Positions 8,752-16,631 of a stretch of 64,000 bases of DNA are shown here, piece by piece. The notes beneath the pieces were generated by a model. The model was not told where the DNA came from, made no database searches, and saw only the letters and a list, made by a program, of their open reading frames with translations. The position numbers and the translations under genes were made by a program. Source of the DNA: Candidatus Aminicenantes bacterium (GTDB taxonomy: Bacteria; Acidobacteriota; Aminicenantia; UBA2199); assembly GCA_016934745.1 (NCBI GenBank), contig JAFGSF010000005.1, positions 39,829-103,828 on the forward strand, given 5' to 3'. Within the stretch, counting starts at the first letter, position 1, and each line of letters opens with the position of its first letter.

Positions 8752-10161
8752 GTGAGAGATGCAAAGAAAATTTTATTACTTATTTTCGCCTATAATGCCG
8801 AACCGACAATCGAAAAGGTTCTTAAACGCATTCCTGTCGCGATTCATAATTATGATTATGAAATCCTTTTTATTAGCAATAAATCCTCGGATCATACCTT
8901 TGACGGCCCAATAGGTTACAAATCGCCTAATCCAGAGATTCTTTTAACTGAATTATATAGTCCTGAAAACTGGGGATATGGCGGGAATCAGAAACTAGGG
9001 TTCCAATACGCAATTGAAAAAAAATTTGATATTGTTGCACTTCTGCAATGTGATGGTCCGTACGCACCAGAAGACTTGGAGAAATTAATACTCCCAGTAC
9101 TCAACGAAGAAGCCGACGCCGTGTTCGTTACAAGGACGGCCCACAAAATACTGGGAACGCGCCTGAGCGAGTTTCATCCGGGAGATAGAGTTTATTCGGT
9201 TAAAACCTTAAAACAGATCCCCTTCGAATTGAATACGAATGACTTCCATTTTAATACGGAAATAGGCATTCAATTGAAATTGCATGGAAGCAAGATACGA
9301 GAAATTCCTATTTCAACTTGTAATGGCGCTGGAAAATACGATGTCAACAATTTTGTCCACGCATGGAATGTTATAAAAGCTACCATGAGAGCAAAGCTTC
9401 AGCAGATGAATATTGCCTACCATCGACAGTTCGATATTGTCAAACCCGAGCACAATTACCCGCCGAAATTTGATTTTCTCTCTTCGCATACCATGGCCAT
9501 CAATGAAGTAAGATCTGGGGCTCATGTTTTGGATATCGGCTGCGGAGCAGGGCACGTAGGCAGAGAACTCGAAAAACGGAATTGCCAGGTAACCGGTGTC
9601 GATATTGCCATGGAGGAAGAGGGCAAATCTTTGCGGAAATTCAGTAACATTGACTTGAATAGGGATTCCATCCCATATCCTCCTGATTCTTTCGATTTCA
9701 TACTCATCCTCGATGTTCTGGAACACCTGGATCTGCCCTCTCAATTCAATCTTCTGGAAAAGATTCGGACAGGATCAAAATCTAAAAAACCGGCAATCAT
9801 CATCACCGTTCCGAATATTGCTTTTCTTTTCATTCGGGTGCAACTACTTATTGGAAATTTCAATTATGGGAAACGAGGGATTCTCGATATGACTCATAGG
9901 CACCTTTTTACTTTTAAATCCATTCGCCGGTTTCTCAACCAAGCCGGCTACAAAATTGAAAAAACAAAAGGGATACCGCTTCCGTATCCGCAAGTTATGG
10001 GAAACAATATTATAAGCAGGTTCCTGTTGAGAATAAATACCTACTTGATATGGCTCGTTCCTGGCCTCTTCTCTTATCAGATTTTTATAAAAGCAACACC
10101 TATTCCAACTGTAAAACAACTGCTTGAACTTGCCGAAGCAAACCAAGGGAAAAAGGGTTAA
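8752..10161 (+). CDS. GT2-like domain fused to class I SAM-dependent methyltransferase, with C-terminal TM region
   Basis: GTG start. N-terminus 'ILLLIFAYNAEPT...YGGNQK' is a GT2 paralog of the 7781 gene. Middle 'VLDIGCGAGHVG...FDFILILDVLEHL' is a methyltransferase domain. C-terminus is hydrophobic. Confidence 0.7.
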   Translation: MRDAKKILLLIFAYNAEPTIEKVLKRIPVAIHNYDYEILFISNKSSDHTFDGPIGYKSPNPEILLTELYSPENWGYGGNQKLGFQYAIEKKFDIVALLQCDGPYAPEDLEKLILPVLNEEADAVFVTRTAHKILGTRLSEFHPGDRVYSVKTLKQIPFELNTNDFHFNTEIGIQLKLHGSKIREIPISTCNGAGKYDVNNFVHAWNVIKATMRAKLQQMNIAYHRQFDIVKPEHNYPPKFDFLSSHTMAINEVRSGAHVLDIGCGAGHVGRELEKRNCQVTGVDIAMEEEGKSLRKFSNIDLNRDSIPYPPDSFDFILILDVLEHLDLPSQFNLLEKIRTGSKSKKPAIIITVPNIAFLFIRVQLLIGNFNYGKRGILDMTHRHLFTFKSIRRFLNQAGYKIEKTKGIPLPYPQVMGNNIISRFLLRINTYLIWLVPGLFSYQIFIKATPIPTVKQLLELAEANQGKKG

Positions 10162-10352
10162 AGATAAAAAAAAAATATTCGCTCCTCAACAAAGATAATC
10201 TCATGCTCATACAGCGAACCGTGCCATGAACGGGAAATCGGCCATATAGAAGCGGGCGGCGAAAGAAACTCGCAGGTTCAAAACGATTGACTAAAGCGGC
10301 GGAGTTTGCTAAAGTAAAAACCTGGTTAATCCAATACGAGCAAGAGGAAAAA

Positions 10353-11687
10353 ATGGGAAAAATTATCGGCATTCGCAGGGAAGATAAAAACGAATGGGAA
10401 AAAAGGGTTCCACTGGTACCCGCTGATATTCGCTGGCTCAAGGAAACGCATGACATTCACACGATTGTCCAGCCGTCAAAATTAAGAATTTTCAGTGATG
10501 AGGAATACCGCCAGGCCGGAGCCGAAATCAGCGAAGATTTAAACCGGGCCGGAGTGATTTATGCCGTCAAGGAAATCCCGGCTCATCTTTTTCAAAAAAA
10601 CAAGACCTATGTCTTTTTTTCACATACGATCAAGGGGCAAGCCTATAATATGCCGATGCTTCAGACCATGGTCGACCTGGGCTGCAATTTGATTGACTAT
10701 GAACGTGTGATTGATGAAAAAAATCAACGGCTCATTTTTTTCGGGCGCTACGCCGGATTGGCCGGCATGCTGGATACCCTGCACGGCTATGGACAAAAAT
10801 TGATGGCCCGGGGCACTCCGACTCCCTTTGCCAAAATTAAGCAAGCCTATCAATATGACTCCCTGGCCGCGGCCAAGGAATCCATTGCGGCCATCGGCAG
10901 TGAAATAGACAGCCAGGGATTCCCAGCCGAATTATGCCCGCTGATCGTCGGTTTTTCCGGCTATGGCAACGTATCGCGCGGTGCCCAGGAAATTTTCGAC
11001 CTCCTGCCGCACAAAATCCTCTCGGCCGAGGCCATGCTAGAAATGGCTGAGAATTTTTCCAATGACAATTTAAACCTGTACAAGGTTGTTTTCAGCGAGG
11101 ACGATATGGTGCGGCCCCGGCAGGGTGCTTTTTCCTTGCCGGACTATTACGCCCACCCGGAAAAATACGAATCTAAATTCGAAAACTATCTGCCCCTGCT
11201 GTCCATCCTGGTAAACTGCATTTATTGGACCGAAAAATATCCGCGCTTGGTCCGCAAGGAATACCTCAAGAACAGGACCATCCTGGAATCCAACCTGAAA
11301 CTGCAGGTCATCGGCGACATCAGCTGCGATATCAACGGTTCCATCGAGATCACCAACAGGGCGACCAAGCCCGATGACGCCTTTTACACGTATTTCGCCG
11401 AAACCGACTGTTTTGAAAACGGCATCAAACCTTTAGGAGTCACAGTCATGGCCGTGGACAACCTCCCCTGCGAATTTCCACGCGAATCATCGCTTGAGTT
11501 TTCAGCGGTGTTACGCGATTTCGTCAGTGCCATCAGTGCCGCCGACTTCAGTTCAAAAGACTCATCCATGGAACTGCCCTTCGCTATCTGCAAAGCACTG
11601 ATCCTGCGCCAGGGAAATTTCAGCAACGACTATCAATACATGCATAATTTTTTAAATTCAGCAGAGCTTGATAAGAGCCATAGATAG
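10353..11687 (+). CDS. Lysine-ketoglutarate reductase (saccharopine dehydrogenase, L-lysine-forming; AlaDH/PNT-fold)
   Basis: Strong similarity to the LKR domain of AASS: 'KTYVFFSHTIKGQ', 'GFSGYGNVSRGAQEIFDLLP', 'IYWTEKYPRL'. Start is at the internal ATG with AGAGGA as SD. Confidence 0.8.
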   Translation: MGKIIGIRREDKNEWEKRVPLVPADIRWLKETHDIHTIVQPSKLRIFSDEEYRQAGAEISEDLNRAGVIYAVKEIPAHLFQKNKTYVFFSHTIKGQAYNMPMLQTMVDLGCNLIDYERVIDEKNQRLIFFGRYAGLAGMLDTLHGYGQKLMARGTPTPFAKIKQAYQYDSLAAAKESIAAIGSEIDSQGFPAELCPLIVGFSGYGNVSRGAQEIFDLLPHKILSAEAMLEMAENFSNDNLNLYKVVFSEDDMVRPRQGAFSLPDYYAHPEKYESKFENYLPLLSILVNCIYWTEKYPRLVRKEYLKNRTILESNLKLQVIGDISCDINGSIEITNRATKPDDAFYTYFAETDCFENGIKPLGVTVMAVDNLPCEFPRESSLEFSAVLRDFVSAISAADFSSKDSSMELPFAICKALILRQGNFSNDYQYMHNFLNSAELDKSHR

Positions 11688-11701
11688 CAAATTCAAAATT
11701 T

Positions 11702-11729
11702 ATTCTAAAAAATTGATAAATTTTAGAAT
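11702..11729. promoter_or_regulatory. Perfect 9-bp inverted repeat ATTCTAAAA-N10-TTTTAGAAT between the LKR and SDH genes (operator-like or RNA hairpin)
   Basis: Seen in sequence 33 nt upstream of the SDH ATG. Confidence 0.4.
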
Positions 11730-11762
11730 TTGTCATTAAGGTTTTAAAAGAGGAGGAACGCA

Positions 11763-13088
11763 ATGAAAAATATTCTGGTTCTGGGTGCCGGCTTGGTAAG
11801 CAGGCCGGGAGTGAATTACCTGCTGGAACATAAGGACCTGTCAGTCACCGTCGCTTCACGCACGGTGAGCAAGGCCGAAAAGCTGGTTAAAGGCTACGCC
11901 AACGGCAAAGCCGTTGCCATCGATGTCGAGAACGAACAGGCCCTGACCACGTTGATCAAGGAGCACGACATCGTCATCAGCCTGCTGCCCTGGATCCACC
12001 ACGTCAAGGTAGCCACCCTGTGCCTGGAGCACGTGAAAGACATGGTGACCACTTCCTACGTCAGCGAAGGAATGAAAAAACTGGACAAATCGGTGCGCGA
12101 AAAAGGCCTGCTTTTTCTCAACGAAATCGGTGTCGATCCGGGCATCGACCACATGTCGGCCATGAAGATCATCCATACGGTCGAGTCCGAAGGCGGCAAA
12201 GTATTGCACTTCTTCTCATATTGCGGCGGCCTGCCGGCCCCTGAGCACAACAACAACCCCTTCGGATACAAATTCTCCTGGAGCCCGCGCGGCGTGGTAC
12301 TGGCCTCGCGCAATTCGGCCCGTTTCCTGGAAGACGGCAAGATCGTGGAGATCGAGGGCAAGAACCTGTTCGTCGATCCCCTGGTGGAAGAGATCGAAGG
12401 GTTGGGAAAATTCGAGGTTTATCCCAATCGCGATTCGGTCCCCTACCAGGAAATGTACGGATTGAAGGACGCGCTGACCGTCAAACGCGGCACCTACCGC
12501 AACCTGGGCTGGTGCGCCACCTTGAAGAAGATCGTAGACCTGGGACTGGTCGACGAAACCCCGCAGTCCAACCTCAAGGACGTGACCTTCAAGAAAATGA
12601 CGGCCGATCTGGTCGGCTGCCCGGCTGAGGGCAATGTCAGGGAGGCGACGGCGAAAAAACTCGGCATCGCCCCAGACTCGGAGATTATCGGTCGCCTCGA
12701 ATGGCTGGGTCTTTTCAGCGATGAACCGGTCCCCGCTTTCGACAACCGCCTGGATATCTTGAGCCAACGCCTGCAGGAGAAGCTCTTCTTCAAGGAAGGC
12801 GAAAAGGATATGCTCATCCTGCGCCACCGCTTTATTGTGGAAAACAAGGACCAGACACACGACCTGATCACCTCCACCCTGATCGACTACGGCATTCCCT
12901 TTGGCGATTCTTCCATGGCCCGCACCGTCAGCCTGCCCCTCGCCATCGCCACACACCTGATCGCCGAGGGGCGCATGCCCTTGAAGGGAGTGCAGACCCC
13001 GGTGCACGCCGAGATCTACGAGCCGGTCCTGCGCGAGCTGGAAGCCCTGAACATCAAGATGGTGGAAAAGAGAATCCCCCTGAAATAA
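11763..13088 (+). CDS. Saccharopine dehydrogenase (L-glutamate-forming, LYS9/AASS-SDH type)
   Basis: 'NILVLGAGLVSRP', 'SYCGGLPAPEHNNNPFGYKFSWSPRGV' near-identical to SDH signature; SD GAGGAGG. Confidence 0.9.
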   Translation: MKNILVLGAGLVSRPGVNYLLEHKDLSVTVASRTVSKAEKLVKGYANGKAVAIDVENEQALTTLIKEHDIVISLLPWIHHVKVATLCLEHVKDMVTTSYVSEGMKKLDKSVREKGLLFLNEIGVDPGIDHMSAMKIIHTVESEGGKVLHFFSYCGGLPAPEHNNNPFGYKFSWSPRGVVLASRNSARFLEDGKIVEIEGKNLFVDPLVEEIEGLGKFEVYPNRDSVPYQEMYGLKDALTVKRGTYRNLGWCATLKKIVDLGLVDETPQSNLKDVTFKKMTADLVGCPAEGNVREATAKKLGIAPDSEIIGRLEWLGLFSDEPVPAFDNRLDILSQRLQEKLFFKEGEKDMLILRHRFIVENKDQTHDLITSTLIDYGIPFGDSSMARTVSLPLAIATHLIAEGRMPLKGVQTPVHAEIYEPVLRELEALNIKMVEKRIPLK

Positions 13089-13095
13089 TACGCTT

Positions 13096-13452
13096 TTGGT
13101 TAAAAAAACTATCGGTCAGGACGGAGAACAGGCGGCTGTTATTTTTCTAAAAAACAAGGGCTTTCGCATCATCAAAACCAATTACCGGGTGGCCGGCGCA
13201 GAGGTCGATATTATTGCCTTAACCGGCACGATATTATGCTTTATTGAAGTAAAAACCCGGAAAAGCAGCGATTATGGTTTGCCAGAAGCTTTCGTCCACC
13301 GGGGCAAGCAGCGGAAAATAATACGGGCCGCCAAATTTTTTTCCAGCCGCAAGGCCTACCAGGAATTCCTGGTACGATTCGACGTCATTTCCATCATTCG
13401 CGATGAAAAAGGCATGGCTTTCGATCACTTGGAAAATGCTTTCGAGGAGTAA
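13096..13452 (+). CDS. yraN: YraN/UPF0102 family predicted endonuclease
   Basis: 'GEQAAVIFLKNKGFRIIKTNYR...EVDIIA...CFIEVKTR' matches YraN; apparent TTG start. Confidence 0.7.
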   Translation: MVKKTIGQDGEQAAVIFLKNKGFRIIKTNYRVAGAEVDIIALTGTILCFIEVKTRKSSDYGLPEAFVHRGKQRKIIRAAKFFSSRKAYQEFLVRFDVISIIRDEKGMAFDHLENAFEE

Positions 13453-13455
13453 ACG

Positions 13456-14454
13456 ATGCCAGAATTACGCAAAGATCCCATCACCGGAACCTGGGTGATT
13501 ATATCCGAAGAAAGAAAAAAAAGGCCGAAGTATTACCAAATCGTCGTGAACAAGGACATGTCCATACCGCAAAATTGTCCTTTCTGTCCCGGCAATGAAG
13601 CGATGACCCCACCCGAGACTTATGCCCTGCGCCCCGATCATTCGCCGGCGAACGGGCCGGGATGGAACTTGCGGGTCGTGCCCAACAAGTTTCCGGCCCT
13701 GCGCATCGAGGGTGAATTGCGCAAAAGCGGTGAGGGTTTTTATGACAAGATCAGCGGCATCGGCGCCCACGAGGTGATTATTGAAACTTCCCAACACCCC
13801 GAGGAACGGGGCGATATCGGCAGCATCCAGATTCAAAATACCCTTTCGGCAGCCAGATACCGCATTATGGATCTGAAGAAAGATACCCGTTTCAAATATA
13901 TCATGGTCTTTAAGAATTTCGGCCCGACAGCCGGCGCCACCCTTGCCCACTCACACTCGCAGATCGTCGCCCTGCCGGTCGTGCCGCTACGTGTCCAGGA
14001 GGAAATCGATGGCGCCCAGGCCCACTTTGATTTAAAGGAACGCTGCATTTTCTGCGACATCATCCAGTATGAAAGCGAAGCCGATCGCCGCCTGCTCATG
14101 GAAAACGAGCACTTCATTGTCCTGGCACCCTACGCGCCCCGTTTTTCATTCGAACTCGCCGTTTATCCCAAGCGCCACAATCCGGCCTTTGAAAGCACTC
14201 CGGATGTCGAGCTGGAAAGCCTGAGTTCTATCCTGAGCGAAACATTAAATAAAATATCGCGGCTGTTGAACCACCCTGACTACAATTTAATCATCCACAA
14301 CGCTCCCTGCCAGAACAACGTTGGCGATTTCTACCACTGGCACATCGAGTTCATGCCGGTGCTGTCGCGCGTGGCCGGCTTCGAATGGGGCACCGGCTTC
14401 TACATCAACCCCATTTCGCCCGAGGAGTCGGTCCAGTCGCTGAAAGCGGTATAA
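13456..14454 (+). CDS. galT: Galactose-1-phosphate uridylyltransferase (HIT family, type 1)
   Basis: 'CPFCPGNE' zinc motif and 'HSHSQ' HxHxQ active site. Confidence 0.85.
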   Translation: MPELRKDPITGTWVIISEERKKRPKYYQIVVNKDMSIPQNCPFCPGNEAMTPPETYALRPDHSPANGPGWNLRVVPNKFPALRIEGELRKSGEGFYDKISGIGAHEVIIETSQHPEERGDIGSIQIQNTLSAARYRIMDLKKDTRFKYIMVFKNFGPTAGATLAHSHSQIVALPVVPLRVQEEIDGAQAHFDLKERCIFCDIIQYESEADRRLLMENEHFIVLAPYAPRFSFELAVYPKRHNPAFESTPDVELESLSSILSETLNKISRLLNHPDYNLIIHNAPCQNNVGDFYHWHIEFMPVLSRVAGFEWGTGFYINPISPEESVQSLKAV

Positions 14455-14464
14455 AGCCGTCTTC

Positions 14465-15844
14465 TCACCTGACAAACATGATTACCGGCAGGGCGTAGTC
14501 ACTGTCCTGCCAAGCCTGATAATCCCGGGTATCACCCTGGTTGTCGCGGCGGTCGATGCCGATACTATAGAGGACCTGCTTGGCCTCGTTCCAGATGTAC
14601 GGCTTCCCGGAACATGGATCCAGCAATTCGCGGTAGCTCGGCAGATCATTGAACTGCGACTGGATCGGACGGGTTGGGTCATAGCTGCGGTGCAGGTCGG
14701 CGGCAATGTGCAGCATATCATGCCACGCCTTCAGGGCCCATGATTTGTAGACCACGGCAACGAAATTTTCCGATTTTTCGTCATCAAGTCTTTTTTTGCC
14801 CAGCGGGTTTTGCAGCCACCAGAAAGCCCCTTGAGCCTGTCTGGGTAATTCCTGGATATCCTCGTTCCAGAGACGGGGAGGGGTTTCCTCGTAACGTATG
14901 ATCCCCTCCATAAAGGGAACCCGGATATTGCGGGTGCGATTTTCCTGGAAAAGCAATTTATTCTTGACGACAGAAAGCCAGTTTCCCGCAGATTGGTCGG
15001 ACTCCGTAATTTCTGAAAACCAGTACGTCTCGCATTCGAACGGAAAACGGGAGCCAAACGCTTCGTAAGCCAGCGTGGGAGTTCCATCCAGAACGGTCTG
15101 ATACACATCAGGGGGGCAATCTTTCTGGTTCATGATGTCGTTCAGGGCCCAGATGGCCAGCCTGGCCACGGCCTTGGACACCAGGTTGGTGATCAGCGTG
15201 CGGCTGTTGGGGATAACTTTAACAGCAAAATGGAGATGGCGCAGCAGGTGCGCGACGGCTTCAGGAGAATTGCCATTTCGCGCCGTCATGATGTCCAGGG
15301 CAATGGAAAGTTTGGCTGTATGAAGCCAGGCCAGCAGATGCGGAATGGGGAAGTCGAACCGGATCAAGGTGAAATCAATGAACGTTTCACAGTTGATCAG
15401 TTTTTCATAGCGGGCTAGCATGAAACCATATTCTTCAGCGGCCGCAGTCAACTGTTCCCGAAAAGGACTCAAGCTGGACCGCCAATCGCCTTTAAATTTC
15501 ATCACATCGAATGCTGGCTTCAACTTTTCAGGATGCTGGTAATTTTTCCTTGCTTCCTTCCAGGCATGGTTAAATTCTTTGATATAGCGGTCGTTGTCAA
15601 AGGCCGGATCAGCGAGGCGGCGGTACGGAAGGATCGCCGCGTCCGTCTCGATATCGACATCCTTGGGCTCGATCAGGGTCCATAGCCGGTAATAACCGTT
15701 GCTTTTATCAAAAGACTCCGGCGCCGGAGCCGGCGGCGCGCCCAGCTTGGATGGATTGGGCCGGGCATCAATCTGGTTAAAGACCAGATAGCCGATGATC
15801 AGGGCCAGCATCACCAACAATACACGGATCATGATTTTTTTCAT
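14465..15844 (-). CDS. Hypothetical secreted/membrane-anchored protein downstream of the two-component system
   Basis: Start set at 'MKKIMIRVLLVMLALIIGYLV' (signal anchor) preceded by AGGAGG; no recognisable domain. Confidence 0.5.
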   Translation of the reverse strand: MKKIMIRVLLVMLALIIGYLVFNQIDARPNPSKLGAPPAPAPESFDKSNGYYRLWTLIEPKDVDIETDAAILPYRRLADPAFDNDRYIKEFNHAWKEARKNYQHPEKLKPAFDVMKFKGDWRSSLSPFREQLTAAAEEYGFMLARYEKLINCETFIDFTLIRFDFPIPHLLAWLHTAKLSIALDIMTARNGNSPEAVAHLLRHLHFAVKVIPNSRTLITNLVSKAVARLAIWALNDIMNQKDCPPDVYQTVLDGTPTLAYEAFGSRFPFECETYWFSEITESDQSAGNWLSVVKNKLLFQENRTRNIRVPFMEGIIRYEETPPRLWNEDIQELPRQAQGAFWWLQNPLGKKRLDDEKSENFVAVVYKSWALKAWHDMLHIAADLHRSYDPTRPIQSQFNDLPSYRELLDPCSGKPYIWNEAKQVLYSIGIDRRDNQGDTRDYQAWQDSDYALPVIMFVR

Positions 15845-15950
15845 GCTTCCTCCTTTTTTTCCCATTGTAAGGTGCAACAAATGAAATGTGGTCTCCAAAG
15901 TATCATGATTATGTCATATTAATGTCACAGCCGCTGTCAATGACCCTTGT

Positions 15951-16631
15951 TTACATGAGCAGTTTATAACCGGCCCCGTGCACAGTCAGCAGGTGCTCGG
16001 GCCGGGCCGGATCGGATTCAATTTTCTGGCGCAGCTTGAGGATGAAATTATCGATAGTCCTGGGTGAAGGATCGTATTCATCACCCCAGACGCGGTCCAT
16101 GATCTGATCACGGCTGACCACTTCCGGGGAATTGGCGGCCAGCAGCCGCAGAATAGCGACTTCCTTGGGCGTCATGTCCATGGTTTGTTTGCCGCGGCGG
16201 ATTTCAAAGCGGCGGAACAGAACCTCGACTTCCCCTATGCGGATAGTGGTCGGAGTTTCTTTTTCCCGGGTTGTCCTTTTCAGCAGTGCCTGTACCCGGG
16301 CCAACAGTTCCTTGATGCTGAACGGTTTGGTCATGTAATCGTCAGCCCCCAGCTCGAAGCCGAGCAACTTGTCGTTTTCCCGGTCTTTGGCCGTGAGCAT
16401 GATAATCGGTGTCTTTTCATCGTGGCCACGGATCTGTTTGCAGATTTCGTAGCCGTCAAACCCGGGCAACATGATGTCAAGGACGATCAGGTCGGGGTGC
16501 TGCTGATTATACAATTCGAGCCCCAAACGGCCGTCATGGGCGATGATAGTTTGAAAACCATGGAATTGCATGGTTTCCGCCAAGCCCTTTTGCAGGGTGC
16601 TGTCGTCTTCAATGATCAGTATTTTACTCAT
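15951..16631 (-). CDS. OmpR-family response regulator
   Basis: REC domain 'ILIIEDD...LIVLDIMLPGFDGYE' plus winged-helix C-terminus. Confidence 0.9.
   Translation of the reverse strand: MSKILIIEDDSTLQKGLAETMQFHGFQTIIAHDGRLGLELYNQQHPDLIVLDIMLPGFDGYEICKQIRGHDEKTPIIMLTAKDRENDKLLGFELGADDYMTKPFSIKELLARVQALLKRTTREKETPTTIRIGEVEVLFRRFEIRRGKQTMDMTPKEVAILRLLAANSPEVVSRDQIMDRVWGDEYDPSPRTIDNFILKLRQKIESDPARPEHLLTVHGAGYKLLM

Noticed and set aside
10162-10352. Lysine riboswitch upstream of the LKR gene
   Set aside because: Looked for the conserved L-box helices and core by eye and could not find them. Kept only as a low-interest leader observation.
12216-13007. 263-aa ORF antisense to saccharopine dehydrogenase
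   Set aside because: Shadow ORF opposite a highly conserved gene
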